Assembly (NCBI GenBank): GCA_014323865.1
Contig: JACONG010000004.1
Location: 27,325 to 91,324 of the forward strand
From: Rhodospirillales bacterium
GTDB lineage: Bacteria > Pseudomonadota > Alphaproteobacteria > SP197
Reading direction: 5' to 3'
DNA: 64,000 bases
Positions 18,747 to 27,546 of this stretch are shown here, in pieces. Numbering within the stretch: the stretch's first letter is position 1; the number at the start of each line of letters is the position of its first letter. The position numbers and the translations under genes were made by a program. The notes beneath the pieces are model-generated. The model saw nothing but the letters and a program-made list of their open reading frames with translations. It was not told where the DNA came from and ran no database searches.

Positions 18747-21500
18747 ATGACCGCGGACATACCTCAAGCCTCTTCCGCGGACAAAACGTCCGCCGAAACA
18801 AACAAGACCGACCTCCCTTCTGTCAGCCTCCAAATTGAAATGTCTAAGAGGGTGAACTTCGCCTCGGCACAAAATGATGTTCCTGTTCTCAAGAAGCTGT
18901 TGGTGACCAATAACACCGAAAGCGCGTTGGACAACATAAAAATTACCCTGACCGTGCAGCCAGAGATAATAAAGTCGAAAACCTGGATCATAGATGGATT
19001 GCTCTCGACGGGCAGTATTGAACTCGGTGATCTTTCAACGTCTCTGGACGTTCAAAAATTGAAGGGTCTCAATGAAACCGAAATCGGGCTTTTGACCCTG
19101 ACGGTCTCAACTGACGACGGGCCGCTGGCGTCTGAGACCCTGCGCCTGGAACTGCTGGCCCGCGATCAATGGGGCGGTCTGGATGACATGGACCGGTTAC
19201 TGGCGGCCTTTGTGTCTCCGAACGATCCGGTGGTAGCGGTAATCCTCAAGGAGGCTTCGCTGTTGCTGGAATGCAGCGGGTATGATGGCTCGCTTGAGGG
19301 GTATCAAAACGGTGACCCGCAACGCGCCTGGATGATCGCCGGCGCAATTTGGTCGGCCGTGACCGGTATGGGGCTGACCTATGCCAACCCGCCTGCATCC
19401 TTCGAGGTCGAGGGTCAGAAAATCCGCTCGCCCGAGCGTATTCGCCGCGAAGGGCTTGCCACTTGCCTGGACAGCTCTCTTCTGTTGGCGGCGGCATGGG
19501 AACAGGCCGGGTTGCATCCGGTTATCCTGTTCAGTCACCGCCACGCTTGGGCGGGAGTCTGGATCACCAAGCGGGATTTCGGGCATGTGACCGAGCCCGA
19601 CGTGGTCACCGTGCGCAAGGCAGCGCAGGCCAAAGAGTTCATTCCGGTCGAAACCACACTGTTGACCCAACGCCCAACCGCCGGCTTCGAACAGGCGGTT
19701 GAGGCCGGACGGGCCCGTCTGTCGGAGGACCGAGAACAAGAATTCCTGATGGCTATCGATATCACCCGTGCGCGCTCTGCCCGTATACGCCCGCTGGCCA
19801 GCCATGTGGAGGCTGAGGGCGTTGCGGTCGGGCATGTCGAGGCGACTCCGGCAAAACTACCGGACCCAATCGACTTTGGCCTGCTACCCTCGGAAGTGAT
19901 CGAGCAAGTGCCGGACACTCCCAAAGGGCGGATCGACCGCTGGCAAGCAAAGCTGCTGGACCTGTCGTTGCGCAACCGGCTGTTGAACTTCAAGCCAGGC
20001 AAACAGACAGTGCCCTGCCTGGTGCCCGATGTCGGTACATTGGAAGACGCTTTAGCGGCGGAAAAAGCGTTTCGCGCCTATCCGTTGACGGAGGACGATC
20101 CCTTTCGTGAGCGTCAGCTGTCGCTGGAGGAACGGAACGCGATCATAAGTCGTGTGACCCAGGATGCGTTCAACCGGGGCCAGATCACGGTGCCTCTGGA
20201 TCGCAAGGATACCAACAACCGCTTGCTGGCCCTTTTTCGCAAAGCAAAGAGCGATCTTCAGGAAGGCGGTACCAACACACTTTTTCTGGCGGCAGGGTTC
20301 CTGCGATGGCAACGAGAAGGCGACAAGCGCAGCTACCGCGCCCCGCTTTTACTGATCCCGATCCGGCTGGAACGCAAATCGGCGCGGTCGGATTTTCAAA
20401 TCCTGCATCACGAGGACGAAATTCGGTTCAACTTGACCCTGCTGGAACTTCTCAAGCGTGATTTTGATCTGAACCTGCCGGAGCTTGAGGGCGAATTGCC
20501 CCGCGACGACAGCGGCATCGACCTGCCACGCATCTTTGAACGGATGCGCGCGCAGGTGCGGGATGTGCCGGGGTTTGAAGTTGTGGAAGAGATCGCGATT
20601 TCGACCTTTTCCTTTTCGAAATACCTGATGTGGAAGGATTTGGTCGACCGGACCGATCAGCTGCGAAACAACCGGCTGGTGGCCCATCTGGTCGACAATC
20701 CGGACAAGACCTTCCCCGGCGCGGAAGTGGAGTGGATTCCGGTCGAAGAGATGGACCGCCGTCTTGCGCCCAGGGATTTGGTCACGCCTCTGCCCGCTGA
20801 CAGCTCGCAATTGTCAGCAGTCGTCGCCTCGGCAGAGGGGCGGGATTTCGTATTGATTGGCCCACCCGGCACCGGCAAAAGCCAGACGATTGCCAATATC
20901 ATCTGCCAGTGTCTTGCCCATGGCAAAACGGTGCTGTTCGTGGCCGAGAAAGCCGCGGCTCTGGACGTGGTCCAGCGCAGGCTTGAGGCGCATGGGTTGG
21001 GGGATGCGGTGCTGGAGTTGCATTCCAACAAGGCCGACCGCAAGCGGGTTCTGACCCAGCTTGGCAGGGGATGGGACAGGGCCTCGGCCACCAGCCAACA
21101 GAGCGAACGGGACTGGCTGGATATCACCGGGAAGCTGCGGATCAGGCGCGACCGGCTCAACGCCTATGTGGAGGCGCTTCATGCCAGGGGCGCGCAGGGG
21201 TTTTCGGTCTTTGACGCTATTTCATGGACGGCAGAAGAACCAAAGGGGCTGAGACTGTCCTTTGCGGACAAGGATGCCCATGACCGGCAGAGCTTTGATC
21301 GGTTGCTTGAAATTACGGAAGAGCTTGGCCGTACCCATGCTGCCGTTGGCGGTGATGCGCCACTGGCGTTGGTGGGAGAAGCCAAATGGTCTTATGCTTG
21401 GGAAGAGCAGTTCGTCGAACGGGCCGAGACGCTCAGGGCGTGTCTCGACCGCGCCATGCAGTCTGGCTCGGATCTTGCCGATCGGTTGGCGTTGACCTAG
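18747..21500 (+). CDS. N-terminal part of a giant DUF4011 / SF1 (Upf1-like, AAA_11) helicase protein; ends at an in-frame TAG
   Basis: 917-aa ORF. The DUF4011-like N-terminal region is followed by Walker A VLIGPPGTGKSQTIANII and ...VLFVAEKAAALDVVQRRL. GC is lower at the 5' end. The TAG at 21498-21500 is in the same frame as the next ORF. Confidence 0.7.
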   Translation: MTADIPQASSADKTSAETNKTDLPSVSLQIEMSKRVNFASAQNDVPVLKKLLVTNNTESALDNIKITLTVQPEIIKSKTWIIDGLLSTGSIELGDLSTSLDVQKLKGLNETEIGLLTLTVSTDDGPLASETLRLELLARDQWGGLDDMDRLLAAFVSPNDPVVAVILKEASLLLECSGYDGSLEGYQNGDPQRAWMIAGAIWSAVTGMGLTYANPPASFEVEGQKIRSPERIRREGLATCLDSSLLLAAAWEQAGLHPVILFSHRHAWAGVWITKRDFGHVTEPDVVTVRKAAQAKEFIPVETTLLTQRPTAGFEQAVEAGRARLSEDREQEFLMAIDITRARSARIRPLASHVEAEGVAVGHVEATPAKLPDPIDFGLLPSEVIEQVPDTPKGRIDRWQAKLLDLSLRNRLLNFKPGKQTVPCLVPDVGTLEDALAAEKAFRAYPLTEDDPFRERQLSLEERNAIISRVTQDAFNRGQITVPLDRKDTNNRLLALFRKAKSDLQEGGTNTLFLAAGFLRWQREGDKRSYRAPLLLIPIRLERKSARSDFQILHHEDEIRFNLTLLELLKRDFDLNLPELEGELPRDDSGIDLPRIFERMRAQVRDVPGFEVVEEIAISTFSFSKYLMWKDLVDRTDQLRNNRLVAHLVDNPDKTFPGAEVEWIPVEEMDRRLAPRDLVTPLPADSSQLSAVVASAEGRDFVLIGPPGTGKSQTIANIICQCLAHGKTVLFVAEKAAALDVVQRRLEAHGLGDAVLELHSNKADRKRVLTQLGRGWDRASATSQQSERDWLDITGKLRIRRDRLNAYVEALHARGAQGFSVFDAISWTAEEPKGLRLSFADKDAHDRQSFDRLLEITEELGRTHAAVGGDAPLALVGEAKWSYAWEEQFVERAETLRACLDRAMQSGSDLADRLALT

Positions 21501-21512
21501 GACCCGAGGCTG

Positions 21513-24038
21513 ATGCCCGAACGGCGCAGTATGTTGACCGAACTGTCCCGTCGCATCGCACAGGACGCGGAAGATTTGCGCATGGTGCCGCACTTGCCGG
21601 ATCGTGACATGAACGCCGAAGTGGACCGGTTCGAGACCGCGCTTGTGGCCTTTCAGGGTGCACAGGACCGGTGCCGCGCAACCTATGCCGAGGACGATCT
21701 GAAACGCCTGCCGCTGGATCAGTTGGATGCGGAATGGCGCGCGAGCGAGGCCGCGTTCTGGCCATTTTCGGCTTTGAAAAGGCGGAAAACTCGCAAGCTC
21801 CTTCAGACCTACGCCGAATCGGGGCAAGTCGAGCCGAGCACGGACCTGCCTGCGATAGAAGAGGCACGCAAACAGTTGACGGTACTGGAGAACAGTCCGG
21901 TTGCCGACGCAGCCGGCGTGGACCGGTCGCTGGACAAACTGAAGTTACGGGTCGCACAGGCGATATCCTTGCGCACCACGCTGGCCGGTTTGCAGTCTGA
22001 AACAGACGATACCGTGGCTTTTGGTGCCACCACTGTCGCTGCGTTGGAGGAAGGGCCAGATGGGGCGTTGCATCAGGCGCTGGAGGACTGGCAGGCGGCG
22101 GACAGCGAATTGAATGCGGCAATCACGGAGTTCATAGGGTCAGGCGGCTGCGTGGATACGGACATGTCCCTGGGCGATCTGCTGGCATCCGTGTCCCAGG
22201 CGCTGGCGCAGCGCGCGCGGCTTGCCGGCTGGACCCGCTGGGTTGCCATTCGGAACAAGGCCAAAGCCGCCGGGTTGACGCCTCTGGTCGCCGCGATCGA
22301 GGCGGATCAGTTGAAAGGCGATCCGGTCCTCGAATGCCGTCGTGCCTACGCCCGCTGGTGGTTGCCATTGGCAATGGATGCCTCCGAGCCGCTGCGCCGG
22401 TTCGCCCATTGGGAGCACGATCATATCGTAGCCGCCTTTCGCAGTCTGGATGACAAGGTTGCCGAACACGCCCCGCGCGAAGTGATGCGGCGTATTCATC
22501 ATCCCCTTCCAGCGCGGGATGCTGTGCCCAGAAAATCGGAATTGGGCGTCTTGCGTCATCAGCTGGGTTTGAAACGTCCGTCAATGGCCATACGACCGTT
22601 GCTGGAGAATTTGGGCGAAGCCCTGCCGAAACTGGCGTCTTGTTTTTTGATGTCGCCGTTGTCGATTGCGCAGTATCTTCCGGCCGGGCAGGCCACGTTC
22701 GACGTTGCGATCTTTGACGAGGCCTCGCAGATCACGACCTGGGACGCCATCGGTTCCATCGCGCGGGCGAAACAATCGATCATTGTCGGTGACCCCAAGC
22801 AGTTGCCACCGACCAATTTCTTCGGTCGCAGCGACGAGAGCGAGGATGAAGCCGAGGGCATGATCGCTGACATGCCTTCGATCCTGGATGAGGTGATGAC
22901 CGCCGGTATCCCCACGCGTAGGCTGAATTGGCACTACCGCAGCCGGGATGAGGCGCTGATCGCGTTCTCGAACCATTTCTATTATGGTGGCAAGCTTGTT
23001 ACCTTTCCCGCCCCTGGCACCGGCAGCAAGGCGGTACAGTTCCACAAGATCGATGGCACTTATGCACGCGGGCAAGGGCGCACCAACGCGGAGGAGGCCA
23101 AGGCGATTGTGGCGCAGATCCGCCAGCGTTTGACCGCATGGCTGGACCGGTCCGAGGAGGACCGACCGACGCTGGGCGTGATCACCTTCAACGTGCAGCA
23201 GAAAGACCTTATCCTTGACCTTCTGGACAAGGTGCGGCGCGACTCGCCCGAGCTTGAGTGGTTCTTTGCAGAAGAGCGTGAAGAACCCGTAATCGTGAAA
23301 AACCTGGAGAATATTCAGGGCGATGAGCGTGACGTGATGCTGTTTTCAATTACTTTCGCGCCAGACCTTGCAGGCAAATTGTCGATGAATTTCGGAGCGC
23401 TGAATGCGGATGGCGGCGAAAAGCGTCTGAATGTTGCGGTCACGAGGGCGCGCCGCGAGTTGCACGTGTTCGCCTCGCTGACTCACGATCAGATTGACCT
23501 GAAGCGCACCCGCGCGACCGGGGTGCGTGATCTGAAGACATTTCTGGACTATGCCGAGCGCGGCCCGGACGCTTTGGCTGCGCGCGATGAAGGATCGCTT
23601 GGACCGGCCGAAAGCCCGTTTGAGGAGGCTGTCGCCGAAGCTTTCCGCGCCAAAGGGTGGGAGGTGCGCACTCAGATCGGCGTCTCGGACTTCCGAATTG
23701 ACCTTGGGATTGTCAATCCCGATCGGGCAGGCGCCTATCTGGCCGGGATCGAATGTGACGGGGCCACTTATCACCGCTCTGCCACGGCGCGGGATCGTGA
23801 CAAGGTGCGGCAGGCAGTGCTGGAAGGTCTGGGTTGGACAATCCTGCGCATCTGGTCGACCGACTGGTTCCGCGCCCCGACTGCGGCGGCCGACCGGTTG
23901 CATCAAAGGTTGGTGGCGTTGCTGGAAAAAGACCGCGCGGTGCGTCAGGAAGCCCGGATCGAGGCCTCGGGAAAAGACCCTGGGGAGGAGGCACAGGCCC
24001 TGCCTGTGCCCGAACCGCCACAGCAGGCAGGACAGTGA
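21513..24038 (+). CDS. C-terminal part of the same helicase: AAA_12 helicase C-domain plus DUF3320 / restriction-endonuclease-like (PD-(D/E)xK, Vsr/DUF559-like) domain
   Basis: 841-aa ORF in the same frame as 18747..21500. Motifs FDVAIFDEASQ, IIVGDPKQLPPT, NWHYRSRDEALIAFSN, then C-terminal GWEVRTQIGVSDFRIDLGIVNP...IECDGATYHRSATARDRDKVRQAVLEGLGWTILRIWSTDW, typical of DUF3320. Confidence 0.7.
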   Translation: MPERRSMLTELSRRIAQDAEDLRMVPHLPDRDMNAEVDRFETALVAFQGAQDRCRATYAEDDLKRLPLDQLDAEWRASEAAFWPFSALKRRKTRKLLQTYAESGQVEPSTDLPAIEEARKQLTVLENSPVADAAGVDRSLDKLKLRVAQAISLRTTLAGLQSETDDTVAFGATTVAALEEGPDGALHQALEDWQAADSELNAAITEFIGSGGCVDTDMSLGDLLASVSQALAQRARLAGWTRWVAIRNKAKAAGLTPLVAAIEADQLKGDPVLECRRAYARWWLPLAMDASEPLRRFAHWEHDHIVAAFRSLDDKVAEHAPREVMRRIHHPLPARDAVPRKSELGVLRHQLGLKRPSMAIRPLLENLGEALPKLASCFLMSPLSIAQYLPAGQATFDVAIFDEASQITTWDAIGSIARAKQSIIVGDPKQLPPTNFFGRSDESEDEAEGMIADMPSILDEVMTAGIPTRRLNWHYRSRDEALIAFSNHFYYGGKLVTFPAPGTGSKAVQFHKIDGTYARGQGRTNAEEAKAIVAQIRQRLTAWLDRSEEDRPTLGVITFNVQQKDLILDLLDKVRRDSPELEWFFAEEREEPVIVKNLENIQGDERDVMLFSITFAPDLAGKLSMNFGALNADGGEKRLNVAVTRARRELHVFASLTHDQIDLKRTRATGVRDLKTFLDYAERGPDALAARDEGSLGPAESPFEEAVAEAFRAKGWEVRTQIGVSDFRIDLGIVNPDRAGAYLAGIECDGATYHRSATARDRDKVRQAVLEGLGWTILRIWSTDWFRAPTAAADRLHQRLVALLEKDRAVRQEARIEASGKDPGEEAQALPVPEPPQQAGQ

Positions 24039-24101
24039 CGTAGCAACCAAATGGCATGGAGCGTTCCGGTTGGAAGCTCCATGGCCTGGTCGTTCAGGGC
24101 G

Positions 24102-24536
24102 TCAAACGCCAGCCTCCTGCCGGTGCGTCATGCCGTTCGGGACGGGCACGGTCTTCTCTCTCGCGAGCGCGCGATGGGCCTGGTCGTAGTGTCGCGGAAG
24201 GATGTGCTTGCGTACGATGGCACAGGCATAGGCCAGCACCGAGGCGTCATCAAGAAACCCGGCACCCATCAGAACGTCGGGGACGACATCGGCCGGCATG
24301 ATGAAATAGACCAGGGCGGCGATCAGGATGGCCTTGGCGCTCAGCGGGGTCCTGGGATCGAAGGCGGCGTAGTAGGCCGCCACCAGATCGTCGACAAACG
24401 GCAGCCGTCCAGTGTTGCGGCGCAGCTTGCGCCAAAATCCGTTCTGCACGCGGACCTCATCGGCCTCCCGGTCCTTGCGGCTTTCGGTCCGTTTTCGCAA
24501 CCAGGTGCGGGGGGCGATCATGCTCGTGCCCTTCAT
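24102..24536 (-). CDS. DUF1232 (YkvA-like) membrane protein
   Basis: 144 aa. ...RLPFVDDLVAAYYAAFDPRTPLSAKAILIAALVYFIMPADVVPDVLMGAGFLDDASVL is the characteristic DUF1232 core. Confidence 0.65.
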   Translation of the reverse strand: MKGTSMIAPRTWLRKRTESRKDREADEVRVQNGFWRKLRRNTGRLPFVDDLVAAYYAAFDPRTPLSAKAILIAALVYFIMPADVVPDVLMGAGFLDDASVLAYACAIVRKHILPRHYDQAHRALAREKTVPVPNGMTHRQEAGV

Positions 24537-24829
24537 TTCCTGGCCGCCCGATCCATGAAGCGCGCCATGGCGATGTCGCGTTGCGACAGGCCGTCGACGT
24601 CATGGCTTGTCAGAGTCACCTCGACCCGGCCATAGACGTTGAACCATTCGGGGTGATGGTCGACAACGTCGGCATAGACCGCAACGCGGCCCATGAAAGC
24701 GAACGCGCCCATGAAATCGTCGAACCTGAACGTCTTGCAGATCGCCTCGCGCCCGTCGACCAGCGACCAGCCGTCCAGCGTGGCGAGCGCAGCATCGCGC
24801 GCGTCCTCATCGAGCTTCTGCCCCAACAG
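24533..24829 (-). CDS. phhB: Pterin-4a-carbinolamine dehydratase (PCD/PhhB)
   Basis: The C-terminal 98 aa of ORF 24533..25255: ...ATLDGWSLVDGREAICKTFRFDDFMGAFAFMGRVAVYADVVDHHPEWFNVYGRVEVTLTSHDVDGLSQRDIAMARFMD is a near-canonical PCD. No ATG is present, so a TTG/CTG start near 24826-24829 is assumed. Confidence 0.65.
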   Translation of the reverse strand: MLGQKLDEDARDAALATLDGWSLVDGREAICKTFRFDDFMGAFAFMGRVAVYADVVDHHPEWFNVYGRVEVTLTSHDVDGLSQRDIAMARFMDRAARK

Positions 24830-24904
24830 ACTCTCCCGCGGTTCCGTCGAGGGAGGATGTGGTGCTGGAATATGGCGGGAAAAAGGCACGGGAGCCCCGC
24901 TGCG

Positions 24905-25300
24905 ATGACACGCATGTTCGGAGCACCGCCAAGCGCCGCCGAGTTCGCCGTCATCGCCGAGCAGGCCATCGCGCAGATTCCCGACGGTCTGCGTCGGCAC
25001 GTCAAGGGAATCGCCATCCTGATCGAGGATTTCCCCGAGGCCGAGGTGATGGAGGAGATGGAGATCGACGACTGGTTCGGCCTGCTCGGCCTCTACCAGG
25101 GTATCTCGCTCGATCAGGCCTCGGTTTCCAATGCACCCGAGGACCTCAACCGTATCTACCTCTACAGACGTCCCCTGCTCGATGCCTGGGCGGCCGGAGA
25201 CGACAGCCTCGAAGACCTGATCGCGAACACCATCATCCACGAGATCGGCCACCACTTCGGCCTCTCCGACGACGATATGGATCGCCTCGAGTCCGAGTGA
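24905..25300 (+). CDS. Small putative zinc metallopeptidase (DUF1025-like, HExxH-type)
   Basis: 131 aa, starting at MTRMFGAPPS. Contains ...LIANTIIHEIGHHFGLSDDDMDRLE (HEIGHHFG motif). It converges on phhB. Confidence 0.55.
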   Translation: MTRMFGAPPSAAEFAVIAEQAIAQIPDGLRRHVKGIAILIEDFPEAEVMEEMEIDDWFGLLGLYQGISLDQASVSNAPEDLNRIYLYRRPLLDAWAAGDDSLEDLIANTIIHEIGHHFGLSDDDMDRLESE

Positions 25301-25644
25301 GTGTGTTGACCGCGCCGGCCTCGGCCGGACCGGATCCCGCTTCGCTCAAGCAGGCGCTCGAACACCTGCTCGGTGGCACCTGCCACCATATGTTCGAGGT
25401 CAAGACGACCGACCGCATGACCGTCTGGGGCATGGCGCGCAATCTCTGTCCGGATGCCAACTCTGTCCGGATGCCAAACGGGCGACGCTGGCGGTCCTGG
25501 CAGCCTGCGCGGTGCTCGCCGCGCCGACGCCCCTGATGCAGCCTGATGCAGCCTGAGGTCGTGCCGCCTGGCTGGTCGTCCTGCTGGCTGGGTTCGGCGG
25601 CTGGGCCATCACCCTGGTGCCAACCCTGCTGTAGCGGATCGGCC

Positions 25645-26196
25645 TTATCCGGCCCGCTCGCGCAGCCCGTAGCGCTCGATCTCGCGATAGACCGCACCGT
25701 CGCTGCCGCGGATGCTCTCATAGAGGCTGAAACTCTCGACGCCGAACGGTTGCGACGTCATCAGACCGTTGGCTTCGAGAAAGCGCCCGACGCGATCGGG
25801 CTGCGCGCGGTGCAGACGGGCGAGCGTCACGTGTGGATGATACTTGCGCTCGTCGGCCTTCACGCCCAGGCGCTGCAGGCCAATCTCGATCTTGTCGCGC
25901 AGGCGCTTCAGCGGCTCTCTCGGTGCAAGACCGGTGAACAGAACATGGCTGTCCTTGCGGTTGCCGAAACGGTTGACACCCGCGATGGCGAGCTCGAACC
26001 GCTCGGCCTCGATCTCGGTCAGCACGGCGCAGACATCGTCGGCCAGCGTGCCGTCGAGTTCGCCGAGGTAGCGCAGGGTGACATGCATGTTCTCGGCCGG
26101 CACCCAGCGGGCTCCGGGCACACCACCGCACGTCGCCTCCAGCCTGGTGGCGATCTCAAGCGGCATCGCGATGGCGACGAAAAGCGGTGGCGTCAT
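25645..26196 (-). CDS. thpR: RNA 2',3'-cyclic phosphodiesterase (LigT/ThpR, 2H phosphoesterase)
   Basis: 183 aa. Two H-x-T/S-x motifs (NMHVTLRYLG; YHPHVTLARL) are diagnostic for the 2H family. Confidence 0.75.
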   Translation of the reverse strand: MTPPLFVAIAMPLEIATRLEATCGGVPGARWVPAENMHVTLRYLGELDGTLADDVCAVLTEIEAERFELAIAGVNRFGNRKDSHVLFTGLAPREPLKRLRDKIEIGLQRLGVKADERKYHPHVTLARLHRAQPDRVGRFLEANGLMTSQPFGVESFSLYESIRGSDGAVYREIERYGLRERAG

Positions 26197-26870
26197 GGCT
26201 GGCCCTGGACCCGTTCGAGCAGCGCCACGACGTCCGGGAGGATGCCCTCGACGATCAGGGCCACACCCTCCGCATTGGGGTGAATGCCGTCGGGTTGGTT
26301 GAGCGCGGGCTGAGCAGCGACCCCTTCGAGGAAGAAGGGATAGAGGATGGCATGGTGCGTCTCGGCGAGATCGGGATACATCCCGTCGAAAGCCTCGACA
26401 TAGTCCGGCCCCAGGTTGCGAGGCGCATACATGCCGGCCAGAAGAACAGGGATGCCGCGCTCGCCGAGCGTCACGAGGATGCCGTCGAGATTGGCGCGGC
26501 TCGAGGCCGGATCGATCCCGCGCAGGGCGTCGTTCGCACCCAGCTCCACGATCGCGGCGTCCGCGCCCTCGGCCAGGGCCCAATCGATACGGGCAAGCCC
26601 GCCGGCCGTCGTATCGCCGGACACACCGGCATCGAGCACGACCACGTCGTGGCCGGCCTCACGCAGAGCCTGCTCAAGTTGCGCCGTGAAACCGTCCTCG
26701 GCCTGCAGGCCATAACCCGCGGTCAGGCTGTCTCCCAGAGCGAGGATCCTGATCGGTTCGGCCTGCGCGGTCGTAGCAGGCAGCATCGTCAGGGCCAGCG
26801 TACACACAACCGCCGTAAAGCCTTGCACACTGGCAATCCGCCGTTTCCGCTCCCATGTCCGCTGCGCCAT
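26193..26870 (-). CDS. tesA: SGNH/GDSL arylesterase (TesA-like), secreted
   Basis: Signal peptide followed by ILALGDSLTAGYG (GDS(L) block) and a C-terminal DGIHPNAEG block. It is divergent from the ybbA/ybbP-like pair, as in E. coli tesA-ybbA-ybbP. Confidence 0.75.
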   Translation of the reverse strand: MAQRTWERKRRIASVQGFTAVVCTLALTMLPATTAQAEPIRILALGDSLTAGYGLQAEDGFTAQLEQALREAGHDVVVLDAGVSGDTTAGGLARIDWALAEGADAAIVELGANDALRGIDPASSRANLDGILVTLGERGIPVLLAGMYAPRNLGPDYVEAFDGMYPDLAETHHAILYPFFLEGVAAQPALNQPDGIHPNAEGVALIVEGILPDVVALLERVQGQP

Positions 26871-27546
26871 GTCCGCTCCCATCGTCCGCCTCACCGACAT
26901 TCATCTGAGTCTCACGAGCGCCGCCGGTCCGGTCAACATCCTCCGCGGCGTGAGCCTCGCGGTGGATCGTGGATGCCATATGGCCGTGATCGGCCCGTCC
27001 GGCTCGGGCAAGTCGTCGCTCCTCGCCATTACGGCCGGGCTCGAACGTCCGACCATCGGTTCGGTCGAGATTGCAGGCCAGGACCTCGCCGCACTCGACG
27101 AGGACCAACTGGCCCGCTTCCGGGGAAGCAATATCGGGATCGTCTTCCAGTCGTTCCACCTTGTGCCGACCATGACCGCTATGGAAAACGTGGCGCTGCC
27201 GCTGGAGCTGGCGGGTGGCACCGACGCCCTGAAGCGCGCCGGCATCGCCTTGGGCGAGGTCGGGCTCGGTGATCGTACCGGTCATCTGCCGACCGAGCTT
27301 TCGGGTGGCGAGCAGCAGCGCGTGGCGCTGGCCCGTGCCCTGATCGCGCGACCGCCCCTGCTTCTGGCCGATGAACCGACCGGCAACCTCGACGGCGGCA
27401 CTGGCAACACGATCGTGGCGTTGATGTTCGAGGCGGCGCGGGAAGCGGACGCAACCCTGGTGCTGGTGACCCACAACAGCGACCTGGCCCGGCGCTGCGA
27501 CCGCACCGTCATCATCGAAGACGGCGAACTTCGGGACGCAGCGTGA
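26869..27546 (+). CDS. ybbA: ABC transporter ATP-binding protein (YbbA/LolD-like)
   Basis: Walker A GPSGSGKSS, signature LSGGEQQRVALARAL, Walker B LLLADEPTGNLD. Confidence 0.8.
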   Translation: MSAPIVRLTDIHLSLTSAAGPVNILRGVSLAVDRGCHMAVIGPSGSGKSSLLAITAGLERPTIGSVEIAGQDLAALDEDQLARFRGSNIGIVFQSFHLVPTMTAMENVALPLELAGGTDALKRAGIALGEVGLGDRTGHLPTELSGGEQQRVALARALIARPPLLLADEPTGNLDGGTGNTIVALMFEAAREADATLVLVTHNSDLARRCDRTVIIEDGELRDAA

